64,000 bases of DNA from Christensenella sp. UBA7588 (GTDB lineage: Bacteria > Bacillota > Clostridia > Christensenellales > CAG-917): the NCBI GenBank assembly GCA_002478945.1, contig DLKM01000028.1, forward strand, positions 57,136 to 121,135, written 5' to 3'. Made by a program: the position numbers and the translations under genes. The notes below the pieces were generated by a model. The model saw only the letters and a list, made by a program, of their open reading frames with translations. It was not told the origin of the DNA and searched no databases. Of the stretch, positions 37,447 to 46,151 are shown piece by piece. Position 1 is the stretch's first letter. Each line of letters opens with the position of its first letter.

Positions 37447-38283
37447 TTATTTTGCGTTATCCTTTATAAACTGCAAGACGTAATACACGGTCAGCGTGCG
37501 CTGTTCGTCTTTTTGAGCAATCGTCGTATTGCTTACGTCGGTTGTAAAATTCGGGAAAAGCTGAAATGTAATCGGCAAATCCGAATTTTCGTTTATCTCT
37601 GCAAAAGCGGTGTGGTTGCCGTGTTCAATCGTTTTATAGACGCAATTTTGCGGCATTCTCGACTTTGCTTCGTCTATTTGCGCTTGCGTGCAAACGGCGT
37701 CCTCGCCTCCCGAAATATAAAGCGTGGGCAAATCGGTGGCATAAGCGAGGGTGTAGTCCTCGTATACGTCAAAGCCTTTTTCGTCTTTTACGGGTTGACC
37801 GTCTTTGTCAAAAACCTGATAATGTCCGACGGTTATCGGAGAAAAGAATATCGCACCGAGTTCTTTGCGTTCGGTTTCGCTTATGCGGCGCAACGCGGCG
37901 TCCGCGCCTTGATTTGAATGTCCGCCGATAAAGAATTGCACTTCGGGATATTTTTCAAATGCAAGTTCCTTTTCCTTAAAATACTGATAGGGCATATCGT
38001 TGTGAGTTTTGGGGATATACACGAGATACCCTTCGTTTGCGAGAGCATTGCCGAGATAGGAATACTTTTGAGGGGATATACTCGTGCCGACGTAAAACAG
38101 CAAACCGTATTTGACCTCTCTGTTCATAGGCTTAAAAACGAGCGCGTCGTCATCGTCGATTATCTCGACGTACGGCTTAGCGGGAGTCCCGTCTTGCTTT
38201 TTGTCGCAGGCAACGAGGCTTGCGAAAATCAAAACAAGCACGATAGAAGCGAGTATTATAGATAAAACTTTGGTTTTTTTCAT
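37447..38283 (-). CDS. lipoprotein, putative alpha/beta-hydrolase fold
   Basis: Signal peptide with lipobox LVAC. FFIGGHSNQGADAAL resembles a nucleophile elbow, though it is not a perfect GxSxG. Confidence 0.55.
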   Translation of the reverse strand: MKKTKVLSIILASIVLVLIFASLVACDKKQDGTPAKPYVEIIDDDDALVFKPMNREVKYGLLFYVGTSISPQKYSYLGNALANEGYLVYIPKTHNDMPYQYFKEKELAFEKYPEVQFFIGGHSNQGADAALRRISETERKELGAIFFSPITVGHYQVFDKDGQPVKDEKGFDVYEDYTLAYATDLPTLYISGGEDAVCTQAQIDEAKSRMPQNCVYKTIEHGNHTAFAEINENSDLPITFQLFPNFTTDVSNTTIAQKDEQRTLTVYYVLQFIKDNAK

Positions 38284-38360
38284 AATGATTCCATTGTTTT
38301 CTTATTTATACATCATTATAGCACGGCTGTTAGAATATTTCCATAGCATTTTTTCAAAGA

Positions 38361-38371
38361 TGTGTTATAAT
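38361..38371 (+). promoter_or_regulatory. extended -10 element immediately upstream of the decarboxylase start
   Basis: TGTGTTATAAT, with TATAAT at 38366-38371 and ATG at 38378 (N6 spacing). No Shine-Dalgarno is present. Confidence 0.45.
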
Positions 38372-38377
38372 CTCGGT

Positions 38378-39862
38378 ATGGAAAAGGATTTTGCAAAAGA
38401 TTCTATCGACAAAAAGCCCGTCGAAGCGGCTTTTTCGCAAAACGAGAGGCTTGTCGACGCATTGATAAAGCACGACGAAAACGGAGTCGTGCCGTTTCAT
38501 ATGCCCGGGCATAAGAGAAAAGATTTCGATTTTCTTTGCGGAGCGTCCAAAATCGACGTTACGGAAATAGACGGCTTTGACAATCTCCACGACGCGTCGG
38601 GAGTGATTGCTCGAGCGGAAAAGAGGGCGGCTCTCCTTTTCGGTACGATAAGCGCTCGATTCTTAATCGGAGGCAGTACGGCGGGCGTGCTTTCCGCAAT
38701 CCGTGCGATGACGAGAGCAAACGACAAAATTCTCGTCGCGCGCAACTGCCATAAATCCGTTTTCAACGCAATAGAGATATGCGGCTTGCGCCCGTGTTAC
38801 GTCGAACCCGATTGTTTTGACGAATACGGCTTTTACGGCTCGGTGTCTCCTCAAAGCGTCAAAGACGCATTCGAAAAAAACGACGATATAAAACTCGTCG
38901 TTGTCACAAGTCCGACTTATGAGGGAATAATCAGCGATATAAAGAGCATTGCGGATATATGTCACGAAAGAGGCGCGTTGCTGTTTGTCGACGAAGCGCA
39001 CGGAGCGCATCTCGGCTTGAGCGATTGCTTCGAACAGAGCGCGCGAAATCTCGGCGCGGACGTGGTTGTGAACAGTTTGCACAAGACTTTGCCGTCGCTC
39101 ACTCAAACGGCGTTGCTTCACGTCTGTTCTCAAAGAGCGGACAGAAAGCGTATCGACGTCAATCTCGCTATGTTTCAATCGAGTTCTCCCTCTTACGTCA
39201 TGATGTCGTCGATTGACGGTTGCGTTGATTATCTTTGCAAGAATAAGGACGTGGCGTTAAAAAAATGGCGCGACGATTTGACGGTTGCCAGAGCCGCGCT
39301 TTCACGGCTCGAAAACGTAAGCCTGTTCGACGGTAAGGACGAGAGAGCGTTCGCTTACGACGAAAGCAAGTTGGTGCTTTGTTTGAACCGATGCGACGAA
39401 AGCGGAGTGGAGTTCAAAAAGGAACTCAGAGAAAAGTATAACGTAGAACTCGAAATGGCAAGCACGGATTACGCCATTGCGATGAGCGGACTCGGAGACG
39501 ACGAAAGCAGTTTCGCAAAACTCGTAAACGCGGTGTCGGCGGCGGACGCGAATTTGAAAAGAAGCGATGAAAAACGCGTTGCAAAATTACCGAAATTGCC
39601 ACAAAAGGTATTTGAACCGTATCAAATAGACGCTTTAAGTTGCGGTTATGTCGATTTTGACGATTGCGTAGGCAAAGTAGCCGCCGAAAATCTATGGGCC
39701 TATCCGCCGGGGTGTCCCGTTCTTGTCAAAGGGGAAGTCGTTGAAAAAGATTTGGTCGAATACGTCAAGTTAGGACTGAAGTGCGGCGTGAACGTGACGA
39801 GCGAAACGAGACTGTTTCCGTCAAAGTTGCTTACGGTGCAAAACAAAGTCGATTTGCCTTGA
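38378..39862 (+). CDS. PLP-dependent Orn/Lys/Arg decarboxylase family protein (YaaO-like)
   Basis: VPFHMPGHKR, GGSTAGVLSAI, VDEAHGAH and SLHKTLPSLTQTA (PLP lysine region). The true start is ATG 38378, inside the longer listed ORF. Confidence 0.82.
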   Translation: MEKDFAKDSIDKKPVEAAFSQNERLVDALIKHDENGVVPFHMPGHKRKDFDFLCGASKIDVTEIDGFDNLHDASGVIARAEKRAALLFGTISARFLIGGSTAGVLSAIRAMTRANDKILVARNCHKSVFNAIEICGLRPCYVEPDCFDEYGFYGSVSPQSVKDAFEKNDDIKLVVVTSPTYEGIISDIKSIADICHERGALLFVDEAHGAHLGLSDCFEQSARNLGADVVVNSLHKTLPSLTQTALLHVCSQRADRKRIDVNLAMFQSSSPSYVMMSSIDGCVDYLCKNKDVALKKWRDDLTVARAALSRLENVSLFDGKDERAFAYDESKLVLCLNRCDESGVEFKKELREKYNVELEMASTDYAIAMSGLGDDESSFAKLVNAVSAADANLKRSDEKRVAKLPKLPQKVFEPYQIDALSCGYVDFDDCVGKVAAENLWAYPPGCPVLVKGEVVEKDLVEYVKLGLKCGVNVTSETRLFPSKLLTVQNKVDLP

Positions 39863-39887
39863 CAAAACGCTCGCGCGTTTTTATAAT
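39859..39887 (+). promoter_or_regulatory. consensus sigma-A promoter of the SCIFF gene
   Basis: TTGACA (39859-39864), a 17-nt spacer, then TATAAT (39882-39887). Confidence 0.7.
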
Positions 39888-39916
39888 GTATATATCAAAA
39901 GTAAGGAGTCTTTACG

Positions 39917-40063
39917 ATGAAAAGAATTATAACGTTGAAAACTCGCAATCTGAACGAAAGCAAAAAGAACGGCGGCTGCGGCGAATGCCAAACTTCTTGC
40001 CAATCCGCTTGCAAAACTTCTTGCGGCGTTGCAAACCAAAAGTGCGAAAAAGCCGAAAAATAA
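39917..40063 (+). CDS. scfA: SCIFF (six-cysteine) ribosomally synthesised peptide precursor, 48 aa
   Basis: It is not in the supplied ORF track because it is under 60 aa. The translation is MKRIITLKTRNLNESKKNGGCGECQTSCQSACKTSCGVANQKCEKAEK. The GGCGECQTSCQSACKTSC core is the SCIFF signature. RBS AAGGAG lies at 39903-39908. Confidence 0.92.
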   Translation: MKRIITLKTRNLNESKKNGGCGECQTSCQSACKTSCGVANQKCEKAEK

Positions 40064-40087
40064 CCATTTATCGATTATTATTGCAAA

Positions 40088-40117
40088 ACTCGCCTATGTT
40101 TTCATAGGCGTTTTTTG
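40088..40117 (+). terminator. intrinsic terminator/attenuator between scfA and scfB
   Basis: CGCCTATG tttt CATAGGCG followed by TTTTTT. Confidence 0.8.
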
Positions 40118-40134
40118 TGCGCAAGAGAAAAATT

Positions 40135-41511
40135 ATGATACATTCATTCAAACTCAACGGATACAATATAGTGCTCGATACGGCAAGCGGAAGCGTGCAT
40201 AGCGTGGACGACGTCGCATACGACGTTATTAATATGTACGAAAACGCAAGCAAGGAAGAAATCGCGGACGTCGTTACCGCCAAATACGGCGTGACGAGAG
40301 AGGACGTTTTCGAGTGCATCGACGACGTGGAAGAACTTAAAGCGGAAGGGAAACTCTTTTCGGAGGACACGTTCAAGCCCGACGTAAATCTGCTCGCAAA
40401 ACGCAATACCGTGCTTAAAGCGATGTGTTTGCACGTCGCGCATACCTGCAATCTCAACTGCGAGTACTGTTTTGCATCTCAAGGCAAGTATCACGGAGAA
40501 AGAGCGTTGATGTCTTACGAAGTGGGCAAACGCGCGCTCGATTTCCTCGTCGAAAACAGCGGAACGAGGCACAATCTCGAAGTGGACTTTTTCGGCGGAG
40601 AGCCGCTCATGAACTGGCAAGTGGTCAAAGACCTCGTTGCGTACGCGCGTTCTATTGAAAAGGAGCATAACAAGCATTTCCGCTTTACGCTTACCACCAA
40701 CGGAATGCTCGTGGACGACGACGTTATCGAGTTTGCCAACAAAGAGATGGACAACGTCGTGTTGAGTCTTGACGGAAGAAAGGAAATCAACGACCACTTT
40801 AGAAAAACGGCAGGCGGAGTGGGAAGCTATGATATTATAGTGCCGAAATTCCAAAAATTCGTAAAAGCGCGCGGCGGGAAAAACTACTATATGAGAGGCA
40901 CTTTTACGCATCGCAATCCCGATTTTACCAAGGATATTCAAACGATGCTCGACCTCGGTTTCGACGAGTTGAGTATGGAACCCGTGGTGTGTCCGCCCAC
41001 CGACAAGTACGCTCTTGACGAAAACGACAAGAAAATCATTTTCGGAGAATATGAAAAACTTGCCGATATGATGATAAAACGTAGAAAAGCGGGCAAACCG
41101 TTTACTTTCTATCATTATATGCTAAATCTCGAAGGCGGTCCTTGCATTTACAAGCGCATTTCGGGTTGTGGCAGCGGTACGGAGTATCTTGCCGTTACGC
41201 CGAGCGGAGAGTTTTATCCCTGCCACCAGTTTGTCGGTAACAAAGACTATCTTATGGGAGATATTTGGACGGGCGTTACCAACAAAGAAGTGCAGGATAA
41301 GTTTAAGAGATGCAACGCATATTCGCGCAAAGAATGCGAGAATTGTTGGGCAAGATTGTACTGCTCGGGAGGTTGCGCGGCAAACGCATACAACGCGACG
41401 GGAGACGTCAACGGCGTATACGAATACGGTTGCGACCTTTTCAAAAAGCGCATAGAATGCGCGATTATGCTCAAAGTCGACGAGCAGACGGGAGATGTCG
41501 ACGAGGACTGA
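40135..41511 (+). CDS. scfB: SCIFF radical SAM maturase (thioether-forming, SPASM domain)
   Basis: The CNLNCEYCF radical-SAM motif, a C-terminal SPASM Cys cluster (CSGCGSGTEYLAV..CHQF...CENCWARLYCSGGCAANA), and position directly downstream of SCIFF. Confidence 0.92.
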   Translation: MIHSFKLNGYNIVLDTASGSVHSVDDVAYDVINMYENASKEEIADVVTAKYGVTREDVFECIDDVEELKAEGKLFSEDTFKPDVNLLAKRNTVLKAMCLHVAHTCNLNCEYCFASQGKYHGERALMSYEVGKRALDFLVENSGTRHNLEVDFFGGEPLMNWQVVKDLVAYARSIEKEHNKHFRFTLTTNGMLVDDDVIEFANKEMDNVVLSLDGRKEINDHFRKTAGGVGSYDIIVPKFQKFVKARGGKNYYMRGTFTHRNPDFTKDIQTMLDLGFDELSMEPVVCPPTDKYALDENDKKIIFGEYEKLADMMIKRRKAGKPFTFYHYMLNLEGGPCIYKRISGCGSGTEYLAVTPSGEFYPCHQFVGNKDYLMGDIWTGVTNKEVQDKFKRCNAYSRKECENCWARLYCSGGCAANAYNATGDVNGVYEYGCDLFKKRIECAIMLKVDEQTGDVDED

Positions 41512-41512
41512 T

Positions 41513-42010
41513 ATGCCAAAAGACAAGGTTGAAAAGACCAACGCGATGCGCCTTCTCGACGCAAAAAAAGCGGTGTATAAAGAGCATATTTTGCCGATAA
41601 CCGAAGCGGTTAGCGGAGAAGAAGCGGCAATGCTTTTAGGCGTTGACGCGAAGTACGTTTATAAAACGCTCGTAACCGTGGGCAAGAGCCTCGAACACTA
41701 TGTGTTCGTCGTACCAGTTGCGTGTGAACTCGACCTTAAAAAAGCCGCTCAAGCCGTCGGCGAAAAGAATATCGAAATGGTGCGTTCCAAAGACTTGCTT
41801 CCGCTCACGGGATACGTTCACGGCGGTTGCTCGCCGCTCGGTATGAAAAAATTGTTCAAAACGATTATCGACGCAAGTGCAGAAAGCGTGGACAAAATCT
41901 ATTTTTCCGGCGGGAAAATAGGCTATCAGATAGAAACCACGCTTGCGGAACTTAAAAAAGCAATACCTTTCAAACTTGCCGATATTACCGTCGATAAAAT
42001 TGAATGTTGA
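41513..42010 (+). CDS. ybaK: Cys-tRNA(Pro)/Cys-tRNA(Cys) deacylase YbaK
   Basis: KTNAMRLLD N-terminus, KTLV...VFVVPV, and GYVHGGCSPLGMKK. Start at ATG 41513. Confidence 0.85.
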   Translation: MPKDKVEKTNAMRLLDAKKAVYKEHILPITEAVSGEEAAMLLGVDAKYVYKTLVTVGKSLEHYVFVVPVACELDLKKAAQAVGEKNIEMVRSKDLLPLTGYVHGGCSPLGMKKLFKTIIDASAESVDKIYFSGGKIGYQIETTLAELKKAIPFKLADITVDKIEC

Positions 42011-42035
42011 CATATCTTGTTTTATCCCTCATAAT
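42007..42035 (+). promoter_or_regulatory. sigma-A promoter of paralog 1
   Basis: TTGACA (42007-42012), a 17-nt spacer, then CATAAT (42030-42035). Confidence 0.65.
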
Positions 42036-42053
42036 AAAATAAGGAGGGAGCTT

Positions 42054-43598
42054 ATGAAAACGAATATCAAAATGTTAATCTGCACGTTCGTAGCGATTGC
42101 GATGGCAATCCTGTCGGGCGTGTTTATTTTTGTTCCTCAAGGCGTTGCCGCGGCAAATTCCGCTATGCTTTATTTTGAGGGAGTAAACTCTGTAGGCGCA
42201 ATAATCAGAGATGAAGATTGTCCTATCGTCGTAGATAGAGAGGATTTGACTTTCGATATTTACAAAGACGATTTGAGGCGTGATTTTAGGGAAAATTCTC
42301 CCTCGGGCAGAGTCAGCGCAAAATACACGTTCAGAAATCCGACGGATATTACGGCAAAAGTCGGTTTGGTTTTTCCGTTCGGTTACGGTCCCGAGTACGA
42401 GTTCGAGTCTGAAAAAGACCAAAAAAAGTACCATTCCGTCAAAGTGAACGATGAGGAAATCGACAAGAGAATACGCTATACGTATAAGCCGAGAAAAGAG
42501 GAAAACGAAATTCTCCAGTTCGACCTCGGTAAAGACACGCAATTTTTGTCCGACGATTATATCGAAAACGATGTCGCACGGAAAGATACCAAACTTTACA
42601 AATACGTTTGCGATACGAATTACAAAGATACTTCTCAATGGGGCATCAATTTAGTATATACAGGCGAGTATTCGGGAATCATATTGTGCGATTTCACGTC
42701 TACGACGAGCAAAGAAAAGAATCCGGACTATTATGCGGGGTATAAGCGTTGTGCTACCGTCCAGTGTGACAAAGACGGATATGCAACGTTTTATAGTTTT
42801 GAAGAATTGAATACTTCCGACTTTGTTTGTTTGCCGCGTTACGATGCGACCGTAAGCAGATTCGAACTCAAATATGCAGGAGAAACGACGTTTTTTGACC
42901 TTGCCGAGTCGTTATACGACGATGAGAGCGGGATTGAAAAGGTCGACTGGTACAATGCGCTTATGGCAAGATTGTGCTTGTATCAAAGCGACGGATTTGC
43001 CGATTTGTCGTTTGATACAGATTGCAGATTCCGTTGGTACGATTACACGCTCCAATTTGCTCCAAATCAAACCATAGTAAACGAAGTCGTTGCGCCGCTT
43101 TATCCCACAATTAACGCAGAGGTTTCTCCGAACGTTTATAAATACACATATCTTCTTTCTCCAGCAAAGACGTGGGCGAGTTTCGGAGAGTTTCATTTGC
43201 GCATAAACACCGATTTGCAAACTCAAAACGTTTCTGTTGGCGAAATGGAAAGGCAAAACGACTACTACGAGTATACCTGCCAAGGCTTGCCTGACGGAGA
43301 GTTGACGTTTGACATATATGCAATCTCCGCATCCGTACCTAACGATTCGGAATCACAATCGAGAGCGGTTATTGCAGGAATAGCGATTGGCTTGGCGGTC
43401 ATGATAGTGCTGTCGACTTTAATCGTCTTTATCGTCATAGCATCTAAAAAACACAAGGAAAAGAAACTTTTGCAATCGTTCAAAAGTCAAAACCCGCACG
43501 TTGCCACGGAGAGTGAACCGCAAAGCGACGCTTCCGCTCCCATAAAAACAGATGCGGAAGAAGCGGAGAAAGATACTCCTGCCGACAACAATCAATAA
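42054..43598 (+). CDS. type-I membrane-anchored surface protein of unknown function, paralog 1 (514 aa)
   Basis: Signal peptide ..GVAAANS, an ectodomain of about 430 aa, a TM helix AVIAGIAIGLAVMIVLSTLIVFIVIA, and an acidic cytoplasmic tail. RBS AAGGAGGG upstream. Confidence 0.8.
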   Translation: MKTNIKMLICTFVAIAMAILSGVFIFVPQGVAAANSAMLYFEGVNSVGAIIRDEDCPIVVDREDLTFDIYKDDLRRDFRENSPSGRVSAKYTFRNPTDITAKVGLVFPFGYGPEYEFESEKDQKKYHSVKVNDEEIDKRIRYTYKPRKEENEILQFDLGKDTQFLSDDYIENDVARKDTKLYKYVCDTNYKDTSQWGINLVYTGEYSGIILCDFTSTTSKEKNPDYYAGYKRCATVQCDKDGYATFYSFEELNTSDFVCLPRYDATVSRFELKYAGETTFFDLAESLYDDESGIEKVDWYNALMARLCLYQSDGFADLSFDTDCRFRWYDYTLQFAPNQTIVNEVVAPLYPTINAEVSPNVYKYTYLLSPAKTWASFGEFHLRINTDLQTQNVSVGEMERQNDYYEYTCQGLPDGELTFDIYAISASVPNDSESQSRAVIAGIAIGLAVMIVLSTLIVFIVIASKKHKEKKLLQSFKSQNPHVATESEPQSDASAPIKTDAEEAEKDTPADNNQ

Positions 43599-43639
43599 GA
43601 CGACTATTAAACTGTAAAACACGTTTTAATAAAAAGGAA

Positions 43640-43675
43640 GGAGCAAAGCGCATTGCGATTTGCTCCTTTGTTTCA
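43640..43675 (+). terminator. rho-independent terminator of paralog 1
   Basis: GGAGCAAAGCG cattg CGATTTGCTCC (one mismatch) followed by TTTGTTTC. Confidence 0.7.
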
Positions 43676-43711
43676 TAATAAATATAAGTAAACATAGAGT
43701 AAAATTGAAGA

Positions 43712-43740
43712 TTGACATATTTTTTATTATCCCTCATAAT
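43712..43740 (+). promoter_or_regulatory. sigma-A promoter of paralog 2
   Basis: TTGACA (43712-43717), a 17-nt spacer, then CATAAT (43735-43740). Confidence 0.65.
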
Positions 43741-43758
43741 AAAACAAAGAGGGAGCGT

Positions 43759-45393
43759 ATGAAAACGAACATCAAAACGTTAATATGCACGTTCGTAGCG
43801 ATTGCGATGGCAATCCTGTCGGGCGTGTTTATTTTTGTTCCCGAAGGCGTTGCCGAGGCAAATTCCGCGTGGTATAAGTACGACGGCGTAGATGCGGTCG
43901 GCGCAATCGTAAGAGGCGAGAATTGCCCTATCGTCGTGGACAGAGAAGATTTGACTTTTGACATATACAAAGAAGATTTGGGAACTTTTTATGACGAATA
44001 CGAGGTTCCTGCGGGCAAAGTCAGCGCAAAATACACGTTCAGAAATCCGACGGACATTACGGCAAGGGTGGAATTGCTTTTCCCGTTCGGTTATGCGCCC
44101 GAGTACGAGGCGGACGATACGAGAGACAACAAAAAATATTATTCCGTCACGCAAGACGGCGAGGATATTCCCAAACGCATTAGAAATACTTATAGAGACA
44201 GAAGAAACGACAATTACGATATAGCGCAGTTCGACTTTGCAAAAGACACGGAGTATTTATCGGAAGATTATATCGAAAAATACGGTTTTACCAAAGATAC
44301 GAAAGTGTACGAGTACGTTTGCGGTGCGAACGTCTTTGGTAGGACTCAAAAGGCAATAAATATTATCAATAATACGGATTCGCAAATTCTGTGCAAACTG
44401 GAGCATTATCCCGGATTGACCAATAGATACGAAAAGGCCTATTGCGACGAGAACGGAAAGGCGACGTTCTTTTGTTTCGAAAAGCCGAACGAGGGAGATA
44501 TAAGCTGTCGCACATCAGACGACAATAGTATGAAATTGAATTATGAATTCGTAAAAGAAACGACCTTGTTTGAAGCATTGACTTCCGTGCGCCGCGAGGA
44601 CGACGACATCGAGGACGTGGATTTGTTCAATGCGTTTATCGCAAGATACGATGAGGAATATGCGTTTATAAACATCGATTTTGAAAAAGAATACAGATTC
44701 CGCTGGTACGATTATACTCTTGAATTTGCTCCAAATCAGACCATCGTCAACGAGGTAGTTGCGCCGCTTTATCCAAACGTTACGAGAGAATATATTCCGA
44801 AAGTGTATAAGTACACCTACTTGCTTTCTCCTGCAAAGACGTGGGCAAGTTTCGGAGAATTCCATCTGCGCATAAACACCGATATGTACGTCAAAAACGT
44901 GTCCGTCGGCAAAATGAAAAAGCACAAAGGCTATTACGAGTATACCTGCCAAGGCTTACCTGACGGCGAACTCACGTTTGAAATTTGCAAAAGTGCCGCG
45001 CCGATTACGAACAATGCGTGGTGGGGGCTTGTGATAACGGGAATCGCTCTTGCCGTAACGTCGGTAATTTGGATTCCGATACTTGTCCTTATCATTATAA
45101 AAGCGCACAACAAACGCAAAGAAAAGAAATTTTTGCAATCGTACACAGGTCAAAAACCGTTCTATAAAGCCGTGCCGAAAAACGAATTCGATGACGACGA
45201 TAGCTTATTTGACGGCAAATTCGATATTGACGAGCAAATGAGCGAAAATATAGCCGAATCGGCAGAGAATACGCCGAGTGAAGATTCTCAAAACGTAGCC
45301 ACGGAGAGCGAATCGCAAAACGACGCTTCCGCTCCCGTAAAAACAGATGCGAAAGGAGCAGAAACCGATACTCTCGCCGACAACAGTCAATAA
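43759..45393 (+). CDS. type-I membrane-anchored surface protein of unknown function, paralog 2 (544 aa)
   Basis: Same architecture as 42054-43598: a conserved signal peptide, a conserved membrane-proximal block (RFRWYDYTLEFAPNQTIVNEVVAPLYP...YKYTYLLSPAKTWASFGEFHLRINTD), a TM helix and a longer acidic tail. Confidence 0.8.
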   Translation: MKTNIKTLICTFVAIAMAILSGVFIFVPEGVAEANSAWYKYDGVDAVGAIVRGENCPIVVDREDLTFDIYKEDLGTFYDEYEVPAGKVSAKYTFRNPTDITARVELLFPFGYAPEYEADDTRDNKKYYSVTQDGEDIPKRIRNTYRDRRNDNYDIAQFDFAKDTEYLSEDYIEKYGFTKDTKVYEYVCGANVFGRTQKAINIINNTDSQILCKLEHYPGLTNRYEKAYCDENGKATFFCFEKPNEGDISCRTSDDNSMKLNYEFVKETTLFEALTSVRREDDDIEDVDLFNAFIARYDEEYAFINIDFEKEYRFRWYDYTLEFAPNQTIVNEVVAPLYPNVTREYIPKVYKYTYLLSPAKTWASFGEFHLRINTDMYVKNVSVGKMKKHKGYYEYTCQGLPDGELTFEICKSAAPITNNAWWGLVITGIALAVTSVIWIPILVLIIIKAHNKRKEKKFLQSYTGQKPFYKAVPKNEFDDDDSLFDGKFDIDEQMSENIAESAENTPSEDSQNVATESESQNDASAPVKTDAKGAETDTLADNSQ

Positions 45394-45433
45394 AATAGTT
45401 TTGCAACGGTCAAACACATCCTATAAAAACAAA

Positions 45434-45468
45434 GGAGCAAATCGCATTGCGATTTGCTCCGTTCGTTG
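45434..45468 (+). terminator. terminator hairpin of paralog 2
   Basis: GGAGCAAATCGC att GCGATTTGCTCC is a 12-bp perfect stem. The T tract is weak (GTTCGTTG). Confidence 0.6.
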
Positions 45469-45502
45469 ATTATATCGTTAAAAATACCTTATAAAAATAT
45501 TG

Positions 45503-46132
45503 TCAGTCATCAAAACGTACACGCAATACTTTTGTCGAATATGAAGATTCTTCAACGGGCAAAGTAGCATAAGTATATTGCGATATGTCTATTTCTTTAG
45601 GTTCTTCTTCAATGGTAAAGAAGCGTACTTTGCTTTCATCCACAGGTTTGCCGTATGCTGTGACCGTGAATGTCTGCACCGAAAGAGGTTTGTTTACGTC
45701 GAATATAGGCGCGTCATAAGCAGTTGTAAAATCCGGCTCAAAGATAATTGTTCCGATTTCAGAAGGAACATAATATAGACAATATAAATCAATATTTTCG
45801 TTTAATGCCTCGTTTTCGTTGAACGCTACCGAACATTGATAATCTCTAAAAGGTCCTGAAGCTACAAAAGCCGAGCCGTCCCAACTTCCTCTTTCGTTAT
45901 ATCTATCCATATTAAATTGTTCCGTATTGAAAGTAGTTCCTTTTTTCAATTTATATTGCTTGAAAACTACGCCTGAGCCGTTTTCAATAGGATAGTGATA
46001 TACCAATCTTACCGTAACCGTAATCATATCCGCATCATCATTATTCTTGTCGCAGGCAGAAAGCACCGCAAAAGAGGAAATGAGTAACAGAGTGCAGAGG
46101 ACAATACAAATAATTCTCGATGTGCGTTTCAT
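45503..46132 (-). CDS. lipoprotein of unknown function
   Basis: Signal peptide with lipobox LSAC. The gene is AT-rich and co-oriented 19 nt downstream of the peptidase-like gene. Confidence 0.7.
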   Translation of the reverse strand: MKRTSRIICIVLCTLLLISSFAVLSACDKNNDDADMITVTVRLVYHYPIENGSGVVFKQYKLKKGTTFNTEQFNMDRYNERGSWDGSAFVASGPFRDYQCSVAFNENEALNENIDLYCLYYVPSEIGTIIFEPDFTTAYDAPIFDVNKPLSVQTFTVTAYGKPVDESKVRFFTIEEEPKEIDISQYTYATLPVEESSYSTKVLRVRFDD

Positions 46133-46151
46133 AACATATATCTCCTTATAT

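Larger units (their letters stand above)
42007..45468 (+). repeat. tandem duplication of a complete promoter-gene-terminator cassette (unit 1 42007-43675, unit 2 43712-45468)
   Basis: Both units have TTGACA-17-CATAAT promoters, near-identical 5' ends including a 56-nt identical run (42081-42136 = 43786-43841), a related 3' tail, and a related terminator hairpin. Confidence 0.9.

Noticed and set aside
38111-38377. Long N-terminal extensions of listed ORFs: 38111 for the decarboxylase, 41943 and 43660 for the paralogs, 47526 for rex, 11575 for the flippase, 24169 for maf, 49462 for the IPMDH-like gene.
   Set aside because: The extensions run through promoters, terminators or neighbouring genes. 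Internal ATGs with proper RBS or promoter geometry coincide with the homologous N-termini.
39781-40107. 108-aa ORF covering the SCIFF locus.
   Set aside because: It is out of frame with the real 48-aa SCIFF gene (39917-40063) and starts inside the decarboxylase gene. Its basic, low-complexity translation is not credible.
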